Shown piece after piece: positions 57,187 through 64,000 of a stretch of DNA of 64,000 nucleotides; positions within the stretch are counted from its first letter, which is position 1, and each line of letters begins with the position of its first letter. The position numbers and the translations under genes are program-made. The stretch spans positions 401,337-465,336 of the forward strand of contig CAVPWX010000020.1 of the NCBI GenBank assembly GCA_963709605.1. The letters are read 5' to 3'. This stretch comes from an uncultured Chloroflexia bacterium. Its GTDB lineage: Bacteria; Chloroflexota; Limnocylindria; Limnocylindrales; CSP1-4. The notes beneath the pieces are model-generated. The model was not told the DNA's origin. It made no database searches and worked only from the letters and a program-made list of their open reading frames with translations.

Positions 57187-57921
57187 GTGGCTGAGATCAG
57201 GAAGGTCGATCCGGCGCCGGACTACCCGCCCGAGGAGGGCTGCTACCTCCGGGGCAACGACTACTCGCCCGTGGCGGTGCTAGTCATCCTGAAATGGATC
57301 CGGGAGGAGACTCCGCCCGAGATCGAGGCGCTCGTCCGGGTGGGCGTCGAGAGCGGGGCGGCCCTCTCGGGCACCCTCCAGACCGAGAACGTCGGGCTGG
57401 AGAAGGTCATCTGCAACGTGGTGGCCAACCCGAACATCCGCTACCTCGTCGTCTGCGGCCCCGAGTCGCCGGGGCACCACGTCGGCGAGACGATCCTCGC
57501 CCTGATGGCGAACGGCGTCGACCAGCGGAAGCGGATCGTGGGCACCAGCGCCCAGACGCCCTACCTGTTCAACATCCCGGTCGCGTCGATCGAGCGGTTC
57601 CGTCGCCAGGTCACGGTGATCGACCTGATCCACGAAGGGCGGCCGGAGGTGATCCGCGAGGCCGTCGCGGCCTGCTACCAGGAAGAGCCGACGCCCTTCC
57701 GCGATCGCCTCCTGCACGATCCCGGCGCCTGGCCGGATCCGCCCATCAGCGGCCGGATCACCTGGCGCGTCACCGACCCGACGAGGGAACCCAAGAGCGA
57801 GGAGGAGCGGGCCGGGCAGGAACGGATCCGGGCGCTGATCGACCGCGCCAGGAAGGCCGCCGAAGCGAGGCACGGCGGCCCCCCGGACCCGTCGGGGGGC
57901 GAAGCCGGCTCGCCGGGCTAG
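57187..57921 (+). CDS. MtrA-like protein (homolog of tetrahydromethanopterin S-methyltransferase subunit A, cobamide-binding fold), soluble
   Basis: TENVGLEKVICNVVANPNIRYLVVCGPESPGHHVGET is closely similar to the MtrA core (TENLGIEK...NPNIRFLVVCG.E..GH). Confidence 0.55.
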   Translation: MAEIRKVDPAPDYPPEEGCYLRGNDYSPVAVLVILKWIREETPPEIEALVRVGVESGAALSGTLQTENVGLEKVICNVVANPNIRYLVVCGPESPGHHVGETILALMANGVDQRKRIVGTSAQTPYLFNIPVASIERFRRQVTVIDLIHEGRPEVIREAVAACYQEEPTPFRDRLLHDPGAWPDPPISGRITWRVTDPTREPKSEEERAGQERIRALIDRARKAAEARHGGPPDPSGGEAGSPG

Positions 57922-58001
57922 GCGGAATCCTCGAGCCGGAGAGCCTCGTGGTCAGCGCCCTGGTCCAACGGCCGACCGATGCCGCGGGCCTCCGCCCCTG
58001 A

Positions 58002-58256
58002 CTACTCGTCCAACCAGACGGCGATGTTGCCGGCCGAGGGGATCCGTCCCGCGCTCACCACCTTGCCGTCGATCACGAGGCCCGGGGTCGACAGCACGCC
58101 ATAGGCGGCGATCTGGGCGTGGTCGGTCACCTTGACGATCTCGGCTTCGACGCCGGCCATCATGACCGCCTCGCGGGCGTTCGCCTCGAGCTGCTTGCAG
58201 TTGTCGCAGCCGGGACCAAGAACCTCGATTCTCGTCAAGTGAAGGCCTCCATCCAT
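58002..58256 (-). CDS. Small thioredoxin-fold redox-active disulfide protein (TIGR00412-like)
   Basis: 84 aa with a GPGCDNCK CxxC motif. Confidence 0.7.
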   Translation of the reverse strand: MDGGLHLTRIEVLGPGCDNCKQLEANAREAVMMAGVEAEIVKVTDHAQIAAYGVLSTPGLVIDGKVVSAGRIPSAGNIAVWLDE

Positions 58257-58318
58257 GGCGCGCCGGGCGCGCCGTTCTCAGCGGTGGGACATGGCCGCCG
58301 GGCGGGCGGCGCGCATGG

Positions 58319-58648
58319 TCACGCGAGGATCTCCCCGAGCGCCTCGAGCGCCCGCCGGCAGGCGGCGGCGTCGCGCTCGTAGTAGACCCGCCGGGTATCG
58401 GCGCCGACGCGGCTGGCGCGCACCAGCCCGGCGTCGCGGAGGCGGGCGAGGTGGTTGCTCACGTTGTTCTGCTGGGCGCCGAGGGCGGCGGCCATCTCGC
58501 AGACGCAGACGGGCCCGTCGCGGAGCATCCGCACGATGCTGGCCCGGTTCGGGTCGGCAAGGAGCGCGGCGGCCGCCGTGGCATCGCTCACGTCGGGCGC
58601 CGGGAGGTTCATTCGCAGGTCCTGGAGGACCGGCAGCTCAATCGGCAT
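58319..58648 (-). CDS. arsR: ArsR/SmtB family metalloid-responsive repressor
   Basis: HTH with the GPVCVCEM metal-binding site. Confidence 0.8.
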   Translation of the reverse strand: MPIELPVLQDLRMNLPAPDVSDATAAAALLADPNRASIVRMLRDGPVCVCEMAAALGAQQNNVSNHLARLRDAGLVRASRVGADTRRVYYERDAAACRRALEALGEILA

Positions 58649-58693
58649 CGGAGGTCTCCTCTGGCGTGCCGTTCATGGACGTGGCGATCGTTG

Positions 58694-59449
58694 TCATGTC
58701 AGGAGGATCCAGGCGCGCTGGATCGCGAGCGCCACGAGGGCGACGGCGAAGATCCGGGACAGGGTCTGGCTCTTCACCCAGCCGGCCGTGAAGCGAGCGC
58801 CGAGCCAGGCCCCGATGACCGCGGCGATCGAGGTGACGATCACCGTCGGCCAGTCGAAGGTCGCGGTCGGGAGGTGGGTGGCGAAAGCCGAGAAGGACGG
58901 CAGCGTCACCGCGACGGAGTTCGTGGCAGCGGCCAGGCGGGCGGAATAGCCGACCAGGGTGAGCGTCGGCATGAGCAGGAACCCGGGGCCCACGCCGAGA
59001 AACCCGGCGAAGACGGAGATCGGCACGGCCGCGCCGGCGGCCTTCGCCCTGTTGCGGTCGGTGATCTCGGCGACCACCTCGGTCGAGGCGCCCTTCGGCA
59101 GCGCCATCCGGACGGCGAGGAAGAGCAGCACACCGACGTAGAGCCACCAGACGATGTCGACGGTGGCGAACTGGAGGAGCCAGACGCCGAGCGGCGCCCC
59201 GATCGTGGTGATCGTCACCAGGATGAGCGCACCGCGCTTGTCGACCATGCCCTTGCGCCAGAAGGCGATCGCGGCGCTGATCGCGGTCAACCCGTTGAGC
59301 AGCAGCGCCCAGGGCTGGATCTCGTTGATGAGGTCGTAGCCGAACAGCCCCAGGACGGGGATGGCGATGAAGGCGACGCCGAGGCCGAGCATCCCCGACA
59401 GGAACGACAGGCCGAACAGCAGCGGCGTCAGGAGCAGCAGCATCTCCAC
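58694..59449 (-). CDS. TauE/SafE (DUF81) family anion exporter
   Basis: 251 aa, 7-8 TM segments, GMLGLGVAFIAIP and GFLGVGPGFLLMP motifs. Confidence 0.8.
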   Translation of the reverse strand: MEMLLLLTPLLFGLSFLSGMLGLGVAFIAIPVLGLFGYDLINEIQPWALLLNGLTAISAAIAFWRKGMVDKRGALILVTITTIGAPLGVWLLQFATVDIVWWLYVGVLLFLAVRMALPKGASTEVVAEITDRNRAKAAGAAVPISVFAGFLGVGPGFLLMPTLTLVGYSARLAAATNSVAVTLPSFSAFATHLPTATFDWPTVIVTSIAAVIGAWLGARFTAGWVKSQTLSRIFAVALVALAIQRAWILLT

Positions 59450-59453
59450 GGGA

Positions 59454-59906
59454 TCAGGCCACGATCTCGAACGTCGGCTCGACGACGATCTCGGACTTCA
59501 CGGAGTTGGCGACGAGGCTGAATCTCTGCGCCGACTTCAACGCCCGGCGGGCGCGGGCCTCGACGACGGCCGGCTGCTCCGCCCCGGCGCGGATGACGAT
59601 CCGCGGCCACAGCCGCAGGTAGGTGAAGGTCTCGGTCCGGTCGAGCTCGATGAGCTTGGTTCCCTCGGCCCTGCAGTCGTACGACTGCAGGTCGAGCCGG
59701 AACCGCTCGGTCGCCCAGATGAACATCATCATCACGCAGGTGTTCGCCGCGGCGACGAAGGCATCCTCGGGCGTCAGCACCCCGGGATGTCCCTGGGCAT
59801 CGGGTGGAGCCGAGAAGGGCATCTCCGGGCCGTTGCCCAAGGTGATCTGCCCCCAGTGCTCCCCCGTCCACGTCACCGTCGTGTGGTACGTCGCCCTGCG
59901 GCTCAC
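59454..59906 (-). CDS. OsmC/Ohr-family peroxiredoxin-like protein
   Basis: OsmC fold pattern with two Cys (...AANTCVMMMF... and ...DCRAEG...). The GTG overlaps the upstream stop (GTGA). Confidence 0.7.
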   Translation of the reverse strand: MSRRATYHTTVTWTGEHWGQITLGNGPEMPFSAPPDAQGHPGVLTPEDAFVAAANTCVMMMFIWATERFRLDLQSYDCRAEGTKLIELDRTETFTYLRLWPRIVIRAGAEQPAVVEARARRALKSAQRFSLVANSVKSEIVVEPTFEIVA

Positions 59907-60615
59907 GGCCGAGACCCCGTCGGGTGGCAGAAGGCGGCGTACTCGCGCGCGAGCGCGGCCGCGTACTCCTCGTCGGTCCCGGCCGGCACGTCGTTGTAGA
60001 TCTTCACGGTCTCGAGCAGCTCCTTCGCAACCTCCGCGCCGGGCGCCTTCCCCGCGCCGCGGAACTGCTCGAAGATCAGCGGCAGGGCCGCGAGGGGAAC
60101 CGGCCGTGCCGTCCACGTCCACGGTCTGCACCGGGATGGCAGACGCGCACGCACAGCCGGCCTGCGGCGCGGCCTCCACGAACGACCCGCGGCGCCGATC
60201 CCATCGCTCCCCGAGAAGCTCGTCGACGAGGCCGGCGACCCGGTCGGCGGTCACCTCGGCCGCCTGCCGGCCGGCGGCGTCCAGGCGGCGGGCGCCCCGG
60301 GGCCGGTCCAGGCCGTGCTCGGCCAGCAGATCGGTCACGACGACGCTCGCGGCTGGTTTGCCAGAGAACTGCTCGGTGGCCCGCGCCGCGCACCGCTTTT
60401 CGCAGCCGTCGACCGCGATCGTCGGGTAGAAACGGGCGAAGGCCCGGTCGCCTTCCCCGCCGGCCAGGAAGAGCGGCAGGCAGATGGTGACCGTGTCGTC
60501 GGGGCGGAGCTGCTCCAGCACCCTGCAGTGCGGCCAGGCGGGTCACCGTCCCCTCGGCCAGCTCCTCGCCGGAGCATGCGACGATCCCGACCTTGCGCTG
60601 CGGCAGCTCAGGCAT
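59903..60615 (-). CDS. DGC-domain (PF08859-like, Cys-rich putative Zn-binding) protein (apparent frameshifts)
   Basis: MPELPQRKVGIVACSGEE..., then ...ICLPLFLAGGEGD...YPTIAVDGCEKRCAAR..., in shifted frames. Confidence 0.45.
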
Positions 60616-61013
60616 GGTCGGATGCCTCCTCGCGGGAGACCAGGTCGTCGACGACGGTGGCGATCTCCTCGGCCACCGCATGGGCGAGCTGCTGTCCGCC
60701 CTCGTTCAGCTCGGCGATGCCCCGCGGCTTCAGCTCCCGGTTCCGCCGGTACACGTCGAGCACCGCGATGCCCTGGGCGACGTGCCCTCCGCTCTCCTCC
60801 ACCATCTTGGCGGCGCAGGCGAGCTTGCAGCCGTCGATCGTCACCGCCGGATGCGCCCTGACCGCGGCGCGGGCGTCCTCGTCACCCAGGACCAGGAGCG
60901 AGAGGGCCACGAGCCCCGTGGCCCCCGGCCGCAGAGTCCTCGGTGACCTCGTAGGCGGCCTCGCGGCTGACCGTGCCGTACGTCTTGCCGATGCCGCTGC
61001 AGGGCACGACCAT
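60608..61013 (-). CDS. DGC-domain protein (paralog; apparent frameshift near 60935)
   Basis: MVVPCSGIGKTYGTVSREAAYEV..., then ...AVTIDGCKLACAAKMVEESGG. Confidence 0.5.
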
Positions 61014-61033
61014 GACCTTGCGATCTTCGGGGC

Positions 61034-61483
61034 TCACGGCTTCTTCGCTTCCTCTTCAGCCTGGGCGCGCATGACCTCGAAGTACGCCTGCGGGTCCAGC
61101 AGGCGCTCGCGGTCGGCCGGCCAGTCGGAGGCCTCGATGACGGCGAGCCACCCTTCGCCGTACGGATCCTGGTTGATGGCCTCGGGGGACAGCTCCATCG
61201 CCGGGTTCACCTCGACGACCGTACCTCCGACGGGCGAGAGCACCTCCACGTTCGCCTTGATCGTCTCGATCGTCGCCACCTCGTCGCCGGCTGCCACGGC
61301 CGTGCCCTCCGCCTTGACCTCGGCGAAGGCGACGTCGCCATTGAGCTGCTGGAGGAAGTCCGTCATCCCGACACGGACCCGGTCGCCGTCCGCGAGGGCC
61401 CAGGCGCCCTCGGCGGTGTAGAGGCGATCGGTCGCGACCCGGAAGATGAACTTGTCGACCGTGGTCTCCAGGTAGTCGGGCAT
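61034..61483 (-). CDS. gcvH: Glycine-cleavage H-protein-like lipoyl carrier protein
   Basis: GcvH fold with a lipoyl-lysine context (ATIETIKANVEV). 149 aa with an acidic tail. Confidence 0.7.
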   Translation of the reverse strand: MPDYLETTVDKFIFRVATDRLYTAEGAWALADGDRVRVGMTDFLQQLNGDVAFAEVKAEGTAVAAGDEVATIETIKANVEVLSPVGGTVVEVNPAMELSPEAINQDPYGEGWLAVIEASDWPADRERLLDPQAYFEVMRAQAEEEAKKP

Positions 61484-61488
61484 GGGTT

Positions 61489-62913
61489 CTACCGCCTCTG
61501 AAAGTGGATGGTGGCGTCGCGGAAGCCGAGCGCTGCCTCCAGCATCGCCTCCGGCAACGTCGGATGGGCGTGCGTGGTCCAGGCGAGGTCGTCGGCCGTC
61601 GCTCCGACCTGGACCGCAAGAGCCCCCTCGGCGATGAGGTCGGTGGCGTGTGGGCCCAGGAGATGAACGCCCATCACCGTGCCGCTGCCCGCTTCGCACA
61701 CCAGCTTCACCAACCCATCCATCTCGCCGAGGATGCGTGCTCGGGGATTGGCTGAGAACGGGAACTGGGTGACCTTCACGTCTGCTCCCTGCCCTTGCGC
61801 CTGCGCCGCGGTCAGGCCGACGCTGGCCAGCTCGGGCCTCGTGAAGACGACACTTGGAACGGATCGGTAGTCCACGGTGCGACTGCCGCCGCATGCGTTC
61901 TCGGCCGCCATGCGCCCGTCGACCATGGCCTTGTGCGCCAGCATCGGACCGCCGATCGCGTCGCCGATCGCCCACACGTTGGGAACACTGGTCTCCAGGC
62001 GCTCGTTCACGGCGATCGCCCGACCGCTCATCGTCACGCCGACCTCGGCCAGGCCGAGACCATCGGTGTTCGGCCAGCGTCCCGTGGCGACGAGGACCCG
62101 ATCACCGTCGACTCGCGACGGAGCGCCTTTCGCGTCGCGATGGAACACCGCCAAGCCACTTCCGGCGGGCGCGATCTCCTCCACGTGGGCGCCGGTGATG
62201 ATGCCCATGCCCCGTCGCCGGAGCAGGAGCGCCAGGCGCTGGGCAATCCCCTCGTCGGTTGCGCCCGGCAGCAGGGTCGACATCATCTCCACGATGGTCA
62301 CGCGGCTGCCAAGGGCCTCGTAGATGCAGGCGAACTCGAGGCCGATGACACCCCCGCCGACCACGATCAGGCGGTCGGGGATCTCCGCGATGTCGAGCGC
62401 CTCGGTGCTGGTGATCACGCCGGGCAGGTCGAGGCCGGGGATCGGTGGCCGGGCGGGGATCGACCCCGGGGCCAGGATCACGCGCCTGGCCGACACGTTG
62501 ATCGCGTCGCCGGTGTCGGGCTGCACCCGGAGGGTGTCGGGCGCCGAAAGGTGGCCCGTGCCGCGCAGGAGGGTGACCCCCGACCTCTTCAGCAGGTGCT
62601 CGACCCCACCGACCAACGCGTCCACGGCTCCCTGCTTGTACGCCATGAGGGCGGGCGGGTCGGGCACGACCGTCGAGATGGCGAGGCCGAACTCGTGCGC
62701 ACGCCTCGCCTTCAGCAGCAGCTCTGTCGACGTGGTCAGGGCCTTGGTCGGGATGCAGCCGATGTTCAGGCAGGTGCCCCCTACCCGCTGGTTCTCGATG
62801 AGCACCGCGCTCGCGCCCAGCTGCGCTGCACGAAGCGCGGCCACGTAGCCGGCAGGACCACCACCCAAGACGGCCACGTCGAACCGGTCGTTCATCACAG
62901 TCGACAGTGTCAC
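61489..62913 (-). CDS. lpd: Dihydrolipoyl dehydrogenase (E3)
   Basis: FAD fold (VAVLGGGPAGYVAA), redox-active disulfide (GGTCLNIGCIPTK) and HAHPTLPEA interface motif. Confidence 0.8.
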   Translation of the reverse strand: MTLSTVMNDRFDVAVLGGGPAGYVAALRAAQLGASAVLIENQRVGGTCLNIGCIPTKALTTSTELLLKARRAHEFGLAISTVVPDPPALMAYKQGAVDALVGGVEHLLKRSGVTLLRGTGHLSAPDTLRVQPDTGDAINVSARRVILAPGSIPARPPIPGLDLPGVITSTEALDIAEIPDRLIVVGGGVIGLEFACIYEALGSRVTIVEMMSTLLPGATDEGIAQRLALLLRRRGMGIITGAHVEEIAPAGSGLAVFHRDAKGAPSRVDGDRVLVATGRWPNTDGLGLAEVGVTMSGRAIAVNERLETSVPNVWAIGDAIGGPMLAHKAMVDGRMAAENACGGSRTVDYRSVPSVVFTRPELASVGLTAAQAQGQGADVKVTQFPFSANPRARILGEMDGLVKLVCEAGSGTVMGVHLLGPHATDLIAEGALAVQVGATADDLAWTTHAHPTLPEAMLEAALGFRDATIHFQRR

Positions 62914-63017
62914 ATCGCATCGGGGGGCAACGCAGGGCCATTGGTCATCAGTTGCTGGGCTTGGTGGCGACGCCGACCGCTTGACCTTCGAGCGACTCGA
63001 AGGTCTACGATCCCCGC

Positions 63018-63188
63018 ATGCGCATCGCCATTCTCTCCGGCGTCCACTCCAGTCTGCTGGCGCTCGAGGCCGTCCTGGCCCACATCGCCTGGGTCGGCGT
63101 CGTCCGGCGCACGTTCGCGGTGATGTCGTCGGCTACGCGCCCGCTTGAGTTCGCCCGCCAGCTCCGGGAGGCGCGAGGGTACGGGTGA
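63018..63188 (+). pseudogene. Remnant of a metallophosphoesterase (YfcE-like) N-terminus, about 56 codons
   Basis: MRIAILSGVHSSLLALEAVLAHI.... The GDVVGYAP motif is visible only in a shifted frame before a stop. Confidence 0.4.
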
Positions 63189-63556
63189 GAATCTCGGAGC
63201 TCGCCCATCGCGCCGGTGTCAACCCATCCGCGATCCGGTTCTACGAGGAGATCGGGGTCCTGCCATCGCCGATCCGCCAGGCGAATGGCTATCGTGCTTA
63301 CAGCACCGACGACCTCGCCCGCCTGCGCCTGGTCGTCTCGCTCCGGCGGCTCGGACTCGGACCACATGACGCGGGCCGGCTGGCGCGGCTATGTCTGGAG
63401 CGCGGTGGGATCGACGGCGACCTTGTGCCCCTGCTCGCCGACCAGCGGGCGGCGATCGCCCGCCAGCGCGCGGATCTCGACCGACTCGAGAGCGAGCTGC
63501 TCGACCTCGAGCTGACGATCGCGGCCGCTGGCCGCGCAGCAAAGGAGAAACCAACG
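63185..63556 (+). CDS. MerR-family HTH regulator; reads in frame into the next ORF
   Basis: ISELAHRAGVNPSAIRFYEEIGVLPSP...YRAYSTDDLARLRLVVSLRRLGL, then a coiled-coil region. GAGGG RBS before the GTG. There is no stop before 63557. Confidence 0.6.
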
Positions 63557-64000
63557 ATGTCCGAGGCCCCGATCCGCACCCTGTTCGTCTGCACGGGCAA
63601 CAGCGCTCGCAGCCAGCTTGCCGAGGCGCTCCTCGCGCAGTTCGGAGGATCCGATTTCGAGGTCCACTCCGCCGGGACCGAGCCGAAGGGCGTCAACCCG
63701 TTCGCGGTGGAGGTGCTCGCGAGGCGCGGGATCGACTGGTCGCAGGCGACCAGCAAGTCGGTCGACAGGTTTGTGGGCCAGTCGTTCGACTACGTGATCA
63801 CCGTGTGTGACCGCGCCCGCCAGTCGTGCCCGGTCTTTCCGGGCAGCTACAACTCCCTCCATTGGGGTCTCGAGGACCCGGCCGAGGTCGAAGGGACCGA
63901 CGAAGAGAAGCGGGCGGCGTTCGAGCGCACGGCCATGGAGCTGGGCCAGCGACTGCGACCGTTCACGGAGATCGCCCTGCGGGCCGCGGGCCGAACCCGA
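63557..64000 (+). CDS. arsC: Arsenate reductase, LMW-PTP/thioredoxin-coupled family (partial at the window end). Possibly the C-terminal domain of a MerR-ArsC fusion.
   Basis: AAGGAG-N9-ATG, CTGNSARSQLAE P-loop, VITVCDRARQSCP Cys pair. Confidence 0.7.
   Translation, partial: MSEAPIRTLFVCTGNSARSQLAEALLAQFGGSDFEVHSAGTEPKGVNPFAVEVLARRGIDWSQATSKSVDRFVGQSFDYVITVCDRARQSCPVFPGSYNSLHWGLEDPAEVEGTDEEKRAAFERTAMELGQRLRPFTEIALRAAGRTR

Noticed and set aside
58649-58693. ArsR operator between tauE and the second arsR
   Set aside because: Only a weak imperfect palindrome (CGTTCATGGACG) is present. It is not similar to the TCTAAC-N4-GTTAG sites, and the gap more likely reflects translational coupling within the operon.
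1-64000. CRISPR arrays, tRNA or rRNA genes, and insertion sequences
   Set aside because: No regularly spaced short direct repeats with unique spacers were found. The only repeats are the 21-bp x3 tandem repeat and the 151-bp MITE-like pair. No cloverleaf-like tRNA candidate, rRNA or transposase/integrase ORF was recognised.

Overview
This 64-kb window is high-GC (about 70%+) and actinobacterial-type, with dense coding, no rRNA or tRNA, and no transposase or integrase that I could recognise. It falls into four blocks.

(1) Bases 1-5.6 kb hold an arginine-biosynthesis cluster, argC-argJ-argB-argR-argG, with a candidate ARG-box palindrome upstream of argC. argD and argF are absent from the window. 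argH lies 13 kb away and is disrupted.

(2) Bases 5.6-34 kb hold housekeeping and accessory genes. These include a soluble GAF histidine kinase and response regulator, and a block of glutamate synthase large subunit, a hemerythrin-like protein and a homocysteine methyltransferase. An orphan OmpR-type response regulator sits between gltB and amtB and looks GlnR-like. Also present are L-lactate dehydrogenase, MFS and EamA transporters, tag, two TetR-plus-ABC-2 exporter modules with palindromic operators, an SRPBCC/C45/S9 peptidase trio, and UspA.

(3) Bases 34-47 kb begin with an intergenic array of MITE/REP-like repeats. A polyphosphate/phosphate island follows: ppk1, a CYTH-CHAD protein, ppx, pstSCAB and phoU. 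A PhoP-type PHO box of five 11-nt direct repeats lies upstream of pstS.

(4) Bases 46.8-64 kb look like a metalloid/redox accessory island. It starts with arsC and a SixA-like phosphatase translationally coupled to phoU. A non-canonical ars operon follows: arsR, a thioredoxin-like protein, a truncated arsD paralog, arsD, arsA and two YlbF/YmcA-like proteins with Cys-rich tails. It has no intact arsenite permease; only an 89-codon ACR3 fragment remains. Two near-identical ArsR-type operators are present. Further along are an XdhC/AhpD-like/RACo-like ASKHA activase operon divergent from an MtrA-like cobamide-protein homolog, and a second ArsR-linked operon (Lpd, GcvH-like, two DGC-domain proteins, OsmC, TauE/SafE, ArsR and a TIGR00412-type thioredoxin-like protein). 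The island ends with a MerR-family regulator reading in frame, with no stop codon, into an ArsC domain, next to a metallophosphoesterase remnant.

At least 17 otherwise well-conserved genes carry apparent single-base frameshifts. Uncorrected indel errors in the assembly are more likely than mass pseudogenisation.
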